Shown here piece by piece: positions 9,410-19,891 of a stretch of DNA of 64,000 nt. The DNA lies in NCBI GenBank assembly GCA_041743505.1, contig JBGTMQ010000008.1, positions 69,183 through 133,182 on the forward strand. Reading direction: 5' to 3'. Origin of the DNA: Candidatus Saccharimonadia bacterium. Its GTDB lineage: Bacteria > Patescibacteriota > Saccharimonadia > UBA4664. Every line of letters starts with the position of its first letter. Position 1 is the stretch's first letter. The notes beneath the pieces are model-generated. The model had not been told where the DNA came from. It was given only the letters and a program-made list of their open reading frames with translations, and searched no databases. The translations under genes and the position numbers were made by a program.

Positions 9410-11488
9410 ATGGCCCGCGAATACTCGCTCGAAAACACTCGAAATATAGGCATTATCGCCCACATCGACGCCGGTAAAACTACTACAACTGAGGGTATTC
9501 TTTACCGTACTGGTAAAACCCATAAGATCGGTGAGGTCCACCAGGGCGAGGCCACCATGGACTGGATGGAGCAGGAGCGCGAGCGTGGCATCACCATTAC
9601 ATCAGCCGCCACTACCTGTTTCTGGAAGGGTAAGCGCATCAACATCATCGACACCCCCGGCCACATCGACTTTACCGTCGAAGTCGAGCGCAGTCTTCGT
9701 GTACTCGACGGCGCTGTCACAGTTTTCGACGGCAAGATGGGCGTGGAACCACAGTCCGAAACTGTTTGGCGACAGGCTGACAAGTACGGCGTTCCGCGTA
9801 TTTGCTTTATTAACAAAATCAACCAGACCGGCGGTGACTTCTACAAGAGCCTCGACAGCATCCACGAGCGCCTGAGCAAGCGCGCCTACGCCATCCACCT
9901 CCCAATCGGCTTTGAGCAGACAATCAATGGCGTCATCGATCTCATCGAAATGAAAGCCTACACCTACAAAGACTACAAAGACCACGAACTCATCGAAGGC
10001 GAAATCCCCGAGGACATGAAGGACAGGGCTGAACGCTACCGCCAGCACCTGGTCGAAGCCGCCGTCGAAGCCGATGATGAACTCATGGAAAAGTACCTCG
10101 AAGGCCACGTCCTAACAACTGACGAGCTCAAATCAGCCATCCGCAAGAGCGTCCTGACCGGCCAATTCTTTGCCGTTACCGGTGGTGATGGCCGCGGTGT
10201 CATCGTCGAGAAGCTCCTCGACGCCATGGTCGACTTCCTGCCCAACCCGCTCGACATTGGCTCAGTCTGGGGCACCGACCCCAAGACCGGCGACGAAATC
10301 GAGCGCAAGCCTTCCGACTCTGAGCCATTTTCCGCCCTGGCCTTCAAAATTGCCACTGACCCGTTCATCGGTAAATTGGCCTTCTTCCGTGTCTATTCCG
10401 GCATCGTCAAAAGCGGTTCCTACATCCTCAACGCCTCAACTGGTGAAAAGGAGCGTATCGGCCGTCTCGTCTTAATGCACGCTAACTCCCGCGAAGAAGT
10501 CCAGGAAGTCCACGCCGGCGAAATTGCTGCCGCTGTCGGCCTCAAGAACACGACCACCGGTCACACTCTGACCGACCTCGATCACCCGGTCATTCTCGAA
10601 AGCATCGTCTTCCCCGAGCCGGTTATTTCCATTGCTGTTGAGCCTAAAACTAAAGCCGACCAGGAAAAGATGGGTACCGCTCTCCAGCGCCTAGCCGAAG
10701 AAGACCCCACCTTCCGCGTACGCACCGACGAAGAAACCGCTCAAACCCTCATTAGCGGCATGGGCGAGCTCCACCTCGACATTATCGTCGACCGCATGAA
10801 GCGTGAGTTCAAGGTCGAAGCCAATGTTGGTAAACCCCAGGTTGCCTACCGTGAAACCATCAAAAAGACCGTTCAGGTCCAGGGCAAATTCGTGCGCCAA
10901 AGTGGTGGTCGTGGTCAGTACGGTGACGTCTGGCTCGAAGTATCGCCCAACGAAATGGGCGGCGGTTTTGTCTGGGATAACGCCATCGTCGGCGGTGTCG
11001 TCCCACGCGAGTACATCAACCCGACCGAACAGGGCGTCAAAGAAGCCATGCAAAACGGCGTGCTTGCCGGCTACCCGGTCGTGGACCTCAAGGTCAAGCT
11101 CTACGACGGCTCCTACCACGACGTTGACTCCAGCGAAATGGCCTTCAAAATTGCCGGCTCCATGGCTCTCCAGGAAGGCGTCCGCAAAGCCGACCCGATC
11201 ATTCTTGAGCCAGTCATGAAAGTTGAGGTTGTCGTCCCCGAAGAGTACATGGGTGACGTCATCGGCGATCTCAACTCCAAGCGCGGCCGTATCGAAAGCA
11301 TGGAAGACCGCTCCGGCGCCAAAGTCATCGCCGCCATGGTGCCACTGGCCGAGATGTTCGGCTACACCACCAGCTTGCGCTCCATGACCCAAGGCCGCGG
11401 CTCAAACTCCATGCAGTTCGACCACTACGAAGAAGTACCTCGCAACGTCGCTGAAGAGATTATCTCCAAGCGCGCCGCTAAAGCCTAA
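9410..11488 (+). CDS. fusA: Elongation factor G
   Basis: [38 protein letters not shown]; start ATG 9410 (MAREYSL). Confidence 0.99.
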   Translation: MAREYSLENTRNIGIIAHIDAGKTTTTEGILYRTGKTHKIGEVHQGEATMDWMEQERERGITITSAATTCFWKGKRINIIDTPGHIDFTVEVERSLRVLDGAVTVFDGKMGVEPQSETVWRQADKYGVPRICFINKINQTGGDFYKSLDSIHERLSKRAYAIHLPIGFEQTINGVIDLIEMKAYTYKDYKDHELIEGEIPEDMKDRAERYRQHLVEAAVEADDELMEKYLEGHVLTTDELKSAIRKSVLTGQFFAVTGGDGRGVIVEKLLDAMVDFLPNPLDIGSVWGTDPKTGDEIERKPSDSEPFSALAFKIATDPFIGKLAFFRVYSGIVKSGSYILNASTGEKERIGRLVLMHANSREEVQEVHAGEIAAAVGLKNTTTGHTLTDLDHPVILESIVFPEPVISIAVEPKTKADQEKMGTALQRLAEEDPTFRVRTDEETAQTLISGMGELHLDIIVDRMKREFKVEANVGKPQVAYRETIKKTVQVQGKFVRQSGGRGQYGDVWLEVSPNEMGGGFVWDNAIVGGVVPREYINPTEQGVKEAMQNGVLAGYPVVDLKVKLYDGSYHDVDSSEMAFKIAGSMALQEGVRKADPIILEPVMKVEVVVPEEYMGDVIGDLNSKRGRIESMEDRSGAKVIAAMVPLAEMFGYTTSLRSMTQGRGSNSMQFDHYEEVPRNVAEEIISKRAAKA

Positions 11489-11509
11489 CCGGTTACGGCC
11501 TACACGATC

Positions 11510-11534
11510 AGACCCGCACCTGGCGGGTCTTTTT
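11510..11534 (+). terminator. Intrinsic terminator after fusA
   Basis: AGACCCGC-acctg-GCGGGTCT followed by TTTT. Confidence 0.8.
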
Positions 11535-11547
11535 GTTGGATAAATTA

Positions 11548-11576
11548 TTGCGCCCGCATGGGTTAATTGATAAAAT
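11548..11576 (+). promoter_or_regulatory. sigma70-like promoter upstream of the structured intergenic region
   Basis: TTGCGC (11548-53)-17 nt-TAAAAT (11571-76), just after the fusA terminator. Confidence 0.65.
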
Positions 11577-11579
11577 TCT

Positions 11580-12283
11580 CAAACGCACGCTCAAGCGCGC
11601 TAAGTTGTGAGACTGGTTCGCCAGGAGCGCTGGCCTTCCGCGTTTGCTCACACCAGTTCCGAGCCGCTGACACGGCTCGGAACTGGCTACTGGAAAGAAG
11701 GCGCCTTGCTGTTGCGGTCAAGGCAGCCGGCACGCGTAGGTTCTAACCCCCCACCTCCGCGCATAAGCCGGCTCAAGCTTTCCTTGTAATATTCGAGACG
11801 GAGTCTGGATACTTGATGCGGGTAATCCAGACTCCTGGGCCGGAACCGGCTGTACGCTGCGTCGGAAGCAATGATCATGCGCTATCAATACTGCCAGTCT
11901 GCAGCTGGCTGCGGCGCAGCGTTTCATAGCAGCCATCGCGCACCCGGTTCCGGCCGCCAAGGTCGTGCGTTTGGTGATCGCCTCATCGCCAAAAACGCAC
12001 GCGGCGGGTGGACAGATTCACCCGCCAATCAAGGCGCATACTCCGATCCGCTTCTCGCCGGCGAGATGCGCCCATAGGGCGGAACGGCGTTAACCCCCAG
12101 CCGTTCCGCCCCCTTTCGCAAAACCACAGACCGGTTCACCTCGAGCCCACCATCGGCGAGGTGAACCTAGGGCGGGGCGGTAGCTTCCGCCACGTAACAC
12201 CACTACCGCCCCACCCGCCTTTCCTTGCTCCATCTAGTTCCGGATAGAGCATAGCCCGGTTAACAGCCGGGCTACTCCTTTTT
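11580..12283 (+). ncRNA. Candidate large (~700 nt) structured non-coding RNA, class unknown
   Basis: No credible ORF; about 12 consecutive helices (e.g. 11653-66/11673-86, 11800-10/11825-35, 11838-49/11944-55, 12077-88/12100-11, 12133-43/12157-67); own promoter; terminal hairpin 12252-74 plus T-run. Confidence 0.7.
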
Positions 12284-12289
12284 AAGGGC

Positions 12290-12319
12290 TTTACAATGAG
12301 GGCTCTCTCTGCCTATAAT
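12290..12319 (+). promoter_or_regulatory. sigma70-like promoter for tuf
   Basis: TTTACA-18 nt-TATAAT. Confidence 0.65.
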
Positions 12320-12487
12320 ATGGAGGTTCCCGGTGGGAGGTATTTTTTATGTTAAAATGCTTTTCACTCAAAATGACAATAAATTGGTTCCCGAGGTAGA
12401 TAGCTAATGCGGCGCCTTTTCCGGCCTCCCGCGTGGCAGAGCTGCCACATTAACTCTTAACTAAACGGAATCACTAAAGGAGTATCA

Positions 12488-13669
<1,182 letters not shown>

Positions 13670-13687
13670 TTTAAGTATCCATCAGTT

Positions 13688-13727
13688 AATACCAAAAAAC
13701 GGGCCTCTCGGTCCGTTTTTTGGTATT
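13688..13727 (+). terminator. Intrinsic (bidirectional-looking) terminator after tuf
   Basis: AATACCAAAAAACGGGCC-tctc-GGTCCGTTTTTTGGTATT inverted repeat. Confidence 0.8.
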
Positions 13728-13783
13728 TTACGAATATCATGGCATAATCGAGGCGGGTATGTACCTTCTATCGAGGAGCTAAC

Positions 13784-14185
13784 ATGATTCTCACGCTTGT
13801 ACTGGACGGCTCGCCATCGAATGTCATGGCGTTGGTGAGTATCGTCGCTACCCACGAAAACGCGCTGCCGGTGAAGGTTACAATGTCCATGGAGGCTCAA
13901 CCACCCGAGTATGATAGCGGGCTTGGCCCACAGGATATCCTGGCCATGCCAATCGAGGACCTGGACTTGTCAGTCCGGGCCTATAACAATATCAAGAGGG
14001 CTGAACTCGACACACTGCGTGATCTTGTAGCGTGGACACGCGCAGAGATTGCCATGTTAGGCCATAATGATGACCATGCAACTGGGATGAATGACCAGGC
14101 AACTACCGAGGTTGTCGAAAGGTTGACTCGGTACGGGCTCAGTCTTACGCCCGAACCCAAGTCACCAGCCGCCAGGGCCAAGTAA
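13784..14185 (+). CDS. Protein with stand-alone RNA polymerase alpha C-terminal domain
   Basis: PIEDLDLSVRAYNNIKRAELDTLRDLV...EVVERLTRYGLSL matches the alpha-CTD consensus; SD GAGGAG. Confidence 0.8.
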   Translation: MILTLVLDGSPSNVMALVSIVATHENALPVKVTMSMEAQPPEYDSGLGPQDILAMPIEDLDLSVRAYNNIKRAELDTLRDLVAWTRAEIAMLGHNDDHATGMNDQATTEVVERLTRYGLSLTPEPKSPAARAK

Positions 14186-14234
14186 TGGCTATCCGAGTTC
14201 TTTCACAATCCAACTTCTGAAGATTGGACGCAGC

Positions 14235-14975
14235 ATGCCGGGCATCCACGACATCAACCCCATTGAACGCAAAATTCTCATCGCCAATCTCACCCAGTGT
14301 CTTGGCACCATGATGCTGGAGCACCAACAAAGTTTGCTTGAGTACTTTGTCGACGCCTTGCTCTCCTGTGGGGTCAAGCCCGAAGAGGTAATTTTCTACC
14401 GCCGTGACCCTTCCGGCACTGAATGGCACGGCATCCAACTTGGGAGCGGCCAAAGCTTCGGTCTCGGCGTTATTCACCAAGCCAGCGTACCTCGCTGGCT
14501 TGGTCTACGCATTGAAGCCCGGTCGATCAACTGTTTAGACGGGTCCTGGCTGTTCAGCTGGGATACGGTTCGAAACTGCCTTCGAGTCTCACGCAATAAC
14601 GAGCAAGACCATATCAAAAAGCCAGGGCTTGAGCACATCGTTAGTATTCTCGAGGATATTGTCGATGGGCCCCAGGTCAGCCGAAGCTTTTTGCTTCACT
14701 GGCTCAAGACCAAGCGTCAGTTAACCGACAAAGAGCTGGAGCAACAAAGCAATGTTGTTGATGCTTTCATCCGGTCAGCAGTGCTGCTCGGTTTAGGGCC
14801 CAAGCTACAGCCACTGACTGCGAACTCGTACGGTTTCGACCAAGGTATCTGGCATTGGCGCCGCACTCTCAAGCTAATGGTCGTAGGCTCCAACCGCCTG
14901 CTCCTCACCAGCCAAGGCCTACCGGTATCAAGCGCAGACACAGGGAGGAGATATGACGAGCTCACCCACAACTAG
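14235..14975 (+). CDS. Hypothetical protein
   Basis: 246-aa ORF overlapping the next gene; no motif recognised. Confidence 0.55.
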   Translation: MPGIHDINPIERKILIANLTQCLGTMMLEHQQSLLEYFVDALLSCGVKPEEVIFYRRDPSGTEWHGIQLGSGQSFGLGVIHQASVPRWLGLRIEARSINCLDGSWLFSWDTVRNCLRVSRNNEQDHIKKPGLEHIVSILEDIVDGPQVSRSFLLHWLKTKRQLTDKELEQQSNVVDAFIRSAVLLGLGPKLQPLTANSYGFDQGIWHWRRTLKLMVVGSNRLLLTSQGLPVSSADTGRRYDELTHN

Positions 14976-15876
14976 CGGACTCGATATCGGAGCGCTTAAC
15001 GGGCATGCCGTCGGAATCATTCTCAAAGAACTAGTCCGGCGGGCCATGCGAATCATTCAAGCCAAAAGGCTAATCTTCGAGGCCAGAGCCAAGGACTCAC
15101 CGGGACGTCCAGACGACCTGGTAACCGATGCAGACGAAGCAGCTCAAGATAGATACGTCACTAGCCTGAAAGAGTGTTTTCCCGGCTTCGGCATCATCGC
15201 CGAAGAACATGATCACCGCGAACCTTGCACCATACCCGGCCGACAGCTCTATGCCATCATCGACCCGCTCGACGGCACCAAAGCCTTCGGTCGCCGGCAA
15301 TCAACCGGCGTTGCCACGCAGATCGCACTGGTTGATTTCGACACCGGACAGGTGTTATCGGCCTTCGTTGGCGACATCAACACCGGCGAGATCTACGGCT
15401 ATCGCCCAGATTCAATCAACGTCCACCGAATCACCGATCTGGTGCATTCGGAAAAATTGTCCGCGATCGGTCGGGGCCAACCGCTGACTAAGCAAGTTGC
15501 TATTCTTCGGGAACACCCCAGCACCTACAGTTGGCTTATTCGCCGCCTGGTCTCGCCGGCAACCAATGGCCTGGTCAAACATATCCTCATCGACAACGGC
15601 AGCATGTCGGTAATGTTTGCCAGACTCTGGAAAGGGGAAGTCGGCCTGCTCGTAAACGAGCCGTACAACGACACGCCCTGGGATTGTGCCCCTGTATTTG
15701 GTATCAGTCACACACTTGGGTTCGTCGCCCTTGCGCCAGATCCAAAGCGGGCGACCTTCGAGCCCTTCAGCGCCATCACCCCGCGTGAGGTTCGCTGGCG
15801 GAGTCATGAGGTCGTCTGGGTACATCAGACCCGCTTAGCCGAACTGCAGAGCTGGGCTGCCCGCCAACACATCTAG
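14953..15876 (+). CDS. Inositol monophosphatase/CysQ-family phosphatase
   Basis: DLVTDAD, IAEE, IIDPLDGT, PWD motifs; SD GGGAGG. Confidence 0.88.
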   Translation: MTSSPTTSGLDIGALNGHAVGIILKELVRRAMRIIQAKRLIFEARAKDSPGRPDDLVTDADEAAQDRYVTSLKECFPGFGIIAEEHDHREPCTIPGRQLYAIIDPLDGTKAFGRRQSTGVATQIALVDFDTGQVLSAFVGDINTGEIYGYRPDSINVHRITDLVHSEKLSAIGRGQPLTKQVAILREHPSTYSWLIRRLVSPATNGLVKHILIDNGSMSVMFARLWKGEVGLLVNEPYNDTPWDCAPVFGISHTLGFVALAPDPKRATFEPFSAITPREVRWRSHEVVWVHQTRLAELQSWAARQHI

Positions 15877-15889
15877 CTATCTACACCCC

Positions 15890-15925
15890 ATAGGGGCTCG
15901 CACATCCAGTGCGAGCCCCTATTTG
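15890..15925 (+). terminator. Terminator-like hairpin before rpsJ
   Basis: ATAGGGGCTCGCAC-atcca-GTGCGAGCCCCTAT, 14-bp stem. Confidence 0.7.
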
Positions 15926-15998
15926 ACTTTTGACCTCGTCTCTGCTTAAATCAAACCCAGCAAATGACTAATTAATATGATCGAAAGATAGTACCCCC

Positions 15999-16325
15999 AT
16001 GGCCACAGCCGCAACCGAGAGTAAGCAACGTATTCGTATCCGTCTTAAGGCCTATGACTCCAAGGTCATCGACCAAAGTGCCAAACAAATTATTGAAACC
16101 GCAATCCGTACCGGCGCTACCGTTGCCGGACCTATTCCGCTCCCCACCGAGCGCAATGTCACAACCGTACTTCGCAGCCCGCATGTCTACAAAGACGCCC
16201 GCGAGCAATTCGAAATGCGAACCCACAAGCGCCTCATCGATCTCACCGATCCCACCCCCAAAACCATCGATGCCCTCATGAATCTCAACCTTCCGGCCGG
16301 CGTCGATATCGAAATCAAAATGTAA
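15999..16325 (+). CDS. rpsJ: 30S ribosomal protein S10
   Basis: [28 protein letters not shown]. Confidence 0.99.
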   Translation: MATAATESKQRIRIRLKAYDSKVIDQSAKQIIETAIRTGATVAGPIPLPTERNVTTVLRSPHVYKDAREQFEMRTHKRLIDLTDPTPKTIDALMNLNLPAGVDIEIKM

Positions 16326-16340
16326 TTCTAGCTCGTCGAG

Positions 16341-16361
16341 GGCCCCCGCAAGGGGGCTTTT
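16341..16361 (+). terminator. Terminator after rpsJ
   Basis: GGCCCCC-gcaa-GGGGGCT followed by TTT (GNRA loop). Confidence 0.7.
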
Positions 16362-16402
16362 GAGTAAGAAAAACATTCGAAAACATAACTCACTTCTTAG
16401 CT

Positions 16403-17326
16403 ATGAACCCAAACTTATACATTCGATATATCCCAGTTGACGGCTCGACCGAGATCCCAATGGGTCAACTTGCGCGATCTCTTGAAGGCTTCGAGCAGGT
16501 GTTTCTTGAAATCGCAAAACTTTCTAAGATCAAGGGGGAGATGTCGGTATATGCGGCAGGCAGTGAGCGTGGCTCAGTCCTTATCCCTACTATCATACAA
16601 ATCATTACAAGCGGTCTACCTTTTGCAGATGTAAATCCTTTCTTAAATTTTCTAAAAGTAGCTGACCCTACAAGATATAAAGGTGCACTTGAGTTTTTAG
16701 GGACAGGGCACCGGACACTTAACGACTATTTTGCAAAAAATCCATTGGATCAAGCTACCCTCGAAACATTACTAGGGCTTTTTGTGGGGTACCTTATAGG
16801 GCATTCTCGTGGAATAAAAAGAAACATTGGCTCGCCCGAGATCGTCTCAAGGGTTCCAGTAGCATACGTGCGACCATTGAGAAAGCTTATTCATGAAGGA
16901 CGTTATAAAAAAGCATTCTCCCCGCTTATTGATGATACGGTTGACTCTATTGAGATTGGATCCCAACCCAAATCAGTCTTAGCTGTTGTGAACGATGAGA
17001 CATTGGAGGAATATTTAGAGGACAAGGAAATAATCCTGCCCCAATTTCAAGATGGCAAGGAAGTTAGGTTAAAGGCGGAACTGGTAAGTCTACAAAGTTC
17101 AAATGGTGAACACCTTGGCATCAAGATCCATGATTCAACACGAATAGTCTTGATGGCTTATCCTATTGTGGACACAACTACGGATGAATATATCGACTAC
17201 TACAAAAAGCACATCTTGATTAATGCCGCTGTGATTCGAGGATCAATGTACAAAAAACCCAAGCTTAAGCTGCTCAGTATCAAGCTTGAGCAAGAACAAT
17301 TGCCCAGCCATGAATTGGGGCAATAG
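16403..17326 (+). CDS. Hypothetical protein, visibly AT-richer than flanks
   Basis: 307-aa ORF; ERGS motif near N-terminus; no confident family. Confidence 0.7.
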   Translation: MNPNLYIRYIPVDGSTEIPMGQLARSLEGFEQVFLEIAKLSKIKGEMSVYAAGSERGSVLIPTIIQIITSGLPFADVNPFLNFLKVADPTRYKGALEFLGTGHRTLNDYFAKNPLDQATLETLLGLFVGYLIGHSRGIKRNIGSPEIVSRVPVAYVRPLRKLIHEGRYKKAFSPLIDDTVDSIEIGSQPKSVLAVVNDETLEEYLEDKEIILPQFQDGKEVRLKAELVSLQSSNGEHLGIKIHDSTRIVLMAYPIVDTTTDEYIDYYKKHILINAAVIRGSMYKKPKLKLLSIKLEQEQLPSHELGQ

Positions 17327-17392
17327 GCGACAGTATAATGACCAACGTAAACCCACGGTATAAACTCAACTAAGCTAAGCAAGGCATCTTCC

Positions 17393-17751
17393 ATGAGCGA
17401 ACAACAGATATTCATCATACCGACAAAGCATTAAACAACGTAGTCCAACAAATCAAAGATGACCAATGGAGTATGAAGCTGCCCGACTGGTTTCAGCTTG
17501 AAAGTCCTCAAAAAGATCTGAACTTACGCGATACCGGCAAAACCATCAGCGAAGTTGGCAATAAATTATGATGGAGATCTGCTAGGGGATAACCCTAAGG
17601 CCGCTTTTGCGAATATTGTTACTACAGCCACCACAGCGGTCAAAGGTCTGGTCCAAGGACTGTGGGACGAAGTTTCCTCGAGCCGGTAGAGGTCTCATCC
17701 GATGCGCCATTGCAAAACCGGCTCCTCGGTCTGTCAGGCCGCCGTCCGTAA
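17393..17751 (+). pseudogene. Degraded TIGR03086/MDMPI-type metal-binding gene
   Basis: Fragments in shifting frames (QQIKDDQW, GKTISEVG, DLLGDNPKA, DAPLQNRLLGLSGR) align with the intact 18883..19446 protein. Confidence 0.75.
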
Positions 17752-17819
17752 GTCACTTGGACGTTTGACCTAGAATGCTATACAATCTCGCAGTGAGTCC
17801 GTTCATTCAACCGTAAGGA

Positions 17820-18488
17820 GTGATGATGAAGCGGATAGCACTTTTAGTACTTGGATTCGCGTTGTTGCTAACCGGCTGCACCGGTCAGGACGTCAACCCA
17901 TCGTCAGACCAAAGAGTAGCACCGAATGCAATCAGCCCCATCGACCCCGAACCGGGTCTACCGCCTTCACCGTCAAAGCATGCCGACTGCAACGAGAAAG
18001 ACCCGCCGGCGGGCAGTATTCCTGTCGAAGGCGGCGGTTCAATTCCTATTCACCACACGACAATGATTTGCGGCGCTCCGTTTGAGGACTATGTTGATCT
18101 CACCAGTATGGCCAATGGCTTGCCCGGTTGCAAAAACGTCCCGGCCAGAACCAACCCGGATCTTGGACGGCCATGCGACTATCCACTACGGCGAGAGCCA
18201 AATTGGCGTTCGGCGGCCTACACCAAGGATGAAGTACCGTGGAGTCCAGTCGAGGGTCAATTCCTGGCTAACGGCGAGGTTAACCCACCGCTGCACATCA
18301 GGTGCCAGGTGATTGGCGGAGTTACTACGGACGACCGCGGCATTGGCTCCAATATCTGGAACCTAGTCGATGACCGCCGGCTAAAAGGCAAAATCGGCTA
18401 CCTTCCAGACACCGTCACCAGTCCAAATCACGATGGTGGCCGGGGCTGGCGGAACATTCCCTGCACCGTAGATCAACTACAGCCATAA
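17820..18488 (+). CDS. Lipoprotein, Cys-rich, possible C-terminal SH3-like domain
   Basis: Lipobox LLTG-C; SD AAGGAG; C-terminal IRCQ..G...SNIW...GYLPD. Confidence 0.75.
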   Translation: MMMKRIALLVLGFALLLTGCTGQDVNPSSDQRVAPNAISPIDPEPGLPPSPSKHADCNEKDPPAGSIPVEGGGSIPIHHTTMICGAPFEDYVDLTSMANGLPGCKNVPARTNPDLGRPCDYPLRREPNWRSAAYTKDEVPWSPVEGQFLANGEVNPPLHIRCQVIGGVTTDDRGIGSNIWNLVDDRRLKGKIGYLPDTVTSPNHDGGRGWRNIPCTVDQLQP

Positions 18489-18499
18489 CCAACGACCAT

Positions 18500-18540
18500 C
18501 AGCGGTAGAGGATTCGACCCCCTCTGCCGCTGTTTTATTT
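18500..18540 (+). terminator. Intrinsic terminator
   Basis: CAGCGGTAGAGG-loop-CCTCTGCCGCTG followed by TTTTATTT. Confidence 0.75.
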
Positions 18541-18553
18541 ACTGGTCAGAACA

Positions 18554-18784
18554 TTAATAATCTGTGGCCATAACATGCTCGTAAGCCTCAGTGAAATCGT
18601 ACCAGCTTTGGCTGCCAAACTCATTGCGAAACGTTTCCCAGGGCTCATTCTCACCGATCCGCAACCCTAGCCGGTCGGCAATTGCCCCTAGTTCCTCGGG
18701 TTCAAGCATCTCAACCTTAGATTCAAAATCTGCCCACTGCTCGGGCGTACAGTCATTCTCAATTATTTCGCGGCTATCAATCAT
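18554..18784 (-). CDS. Small acidic hypothetical protein
   Basis: 76-aa ORF with protein-like composition. Confidence 0.55.
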   Translation of the reverse strand: MIDSREIIENDCTPEQWADFESKVEMLEPEELGAIADRLGLRIGENEPWETFRNEFGSQSWYDFTEAYEHVMATDY

Positions 18785-18882
18785 AACCTAGTTGTCTCAA
18801 ATTTCACTGCAAATGTCCATAAATTTCACCAGCGAATCTTAAGTATCACTCTGCTAAGATAACCAAAACAAGGAGCGTCAAT

Positions 18883-19446
18883 ATGCGGGAAATCGAAGCG
18901 TTTGTCAGGTCCAATCAATTGTTTAGCAAATTCGTGGCTCAGATCCAAGACAACCAGTGGGACGCACCCACGCCTAACACCGAGTGGAACGTACGCGATC
19001 TAGTTGCCCATGTCGCCGATGAAAATCGCTGGATTCCGCCTATGCTAGGCGGAAAACGCATAGCCGAAGTCGCCGGTGATTTTCGAGACGATGCCTTGGG
19101 CGCCGACCCCAAAGCCGGTTGGGGCAAAAACGCTAAAGCCGCCGAGGCCAGCATTAATAAGCTAACAGATCTCGGCCATCCCGTGCATTTGTCTTATGGC
19201 GATGCACCAGCTTCCGAATACCTTCAACATATGACCATCGATCATGTCATACACAGCTGGGACCTGGCGCGGGCCATCGGTGCAGATGAACAATTGGACG
19301 AGAAGTTAATCCAGACCGTCTATGATTGGCTCGAACCCATAGCCGAAAGCTGGCGAGCCTCCGGCGCATTTGGACCAGCGGTGCCTACCCCGCCTGACGC
19401 CAGTCTGCAAACCAAGCTATTGGCCTTATCTGGACGTGAAGTCTAG
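18883..19446 (+). CDS. TIGR03086 family metal-binding protein (DinB/MDMPI-like)
   Basis: QWDAPTP..EWNVRDLVAH, IHSWDLARAIG, LLALSGR. Confidence 0.88.
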   Translation: MREIEAFVRSNQLFSKFVAQIQDNQWDAPTPNTEWNVRDLVAHVADENRWIPPMLGGKRIAEVAGDFRDDALGADPKAGWGKNAKAAEASINKLTDLGHPVHLSYGDAPASEYLQHMTIDHVIHSWDLARAIGADEQLDEKLIQTVYDWLEPIAESWRASGAFGPAVPTPPDASLQTKLLALSGREV

Positions 19447-19567
19447 TCGTGTTTAGCATTATTTACAAGTTAATATTGACTGTCAACAAAATATTGTAAG
19501 AATAACCAATAACACAACACCCTTCGGTCAATATGATAATAGCGGCACCTAACGCTGGGAGGACATT

Positions 19568-19840
19568 ATGGAATATCGGGATCAAAACGAGTACGAGCGT
19601 CGCATTGAAATAATTCACGAGATCGCTACACAGCACCCCGAACTTCTAAAGTCAATCACGGCTGAGGACCGCGAGCAGCTGCAGAAATACTTCCTTGATG
19701 CCAGAAAGCAACCCAAGCGGACTGAATACCGGCACAATCTCATCAAAGAAACCCCAACCATCGAGCTATCAGCTAATAAAGCCTATGAACGGTTCCTGGC
19801 TGAAGCCGGCTTACCGGAAACATTGCCTCACCAATCGTAA
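19568..19840 (+). CDS. Hypothetical protein
   Basis: SD GGAGG; 90-aa helical ORF. Confidence 0.6.
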   Translation: MEYRDQNEYERRIEIIHEIATQHPELLKSITAEDREQLQKYFLDARKQPKRTEYRHNLIKETPTIELSANKAYERFLAEAGLPETLPHQS

Positions 19841-19891
19841 ATACTACCCAATCTGCATACAAAAACCGAACAAGGATGTATAATCATTAGC

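Noticed and set aside
10691-11392. 233-aa minus-strand ORF inside fusA, and similar antisense ORFs in tuf and r-protein genes
   Set aside because: Antisense frames kept open by codon bias of highly expressed genes.
11607-12247. Short ORFs of 60-80 aa in the fusA-tuf interval
   Set aside because: Overlapping, Arg/Pro/Ala-rich, no SD; expected by chance in GC-rich stems.
11580-12283. RNase P, tmRNA, SRP, intron or CRISPR identity for the structured region
   Set aside because: No GAGGAAAGUCC/CCCGGCUU P4 pair on either strand, no tRNA-like ends with CCA, no SRP domain IV motif, no splice-site or domain V signature seen, and the hairpins are not identical repeats with spacers.
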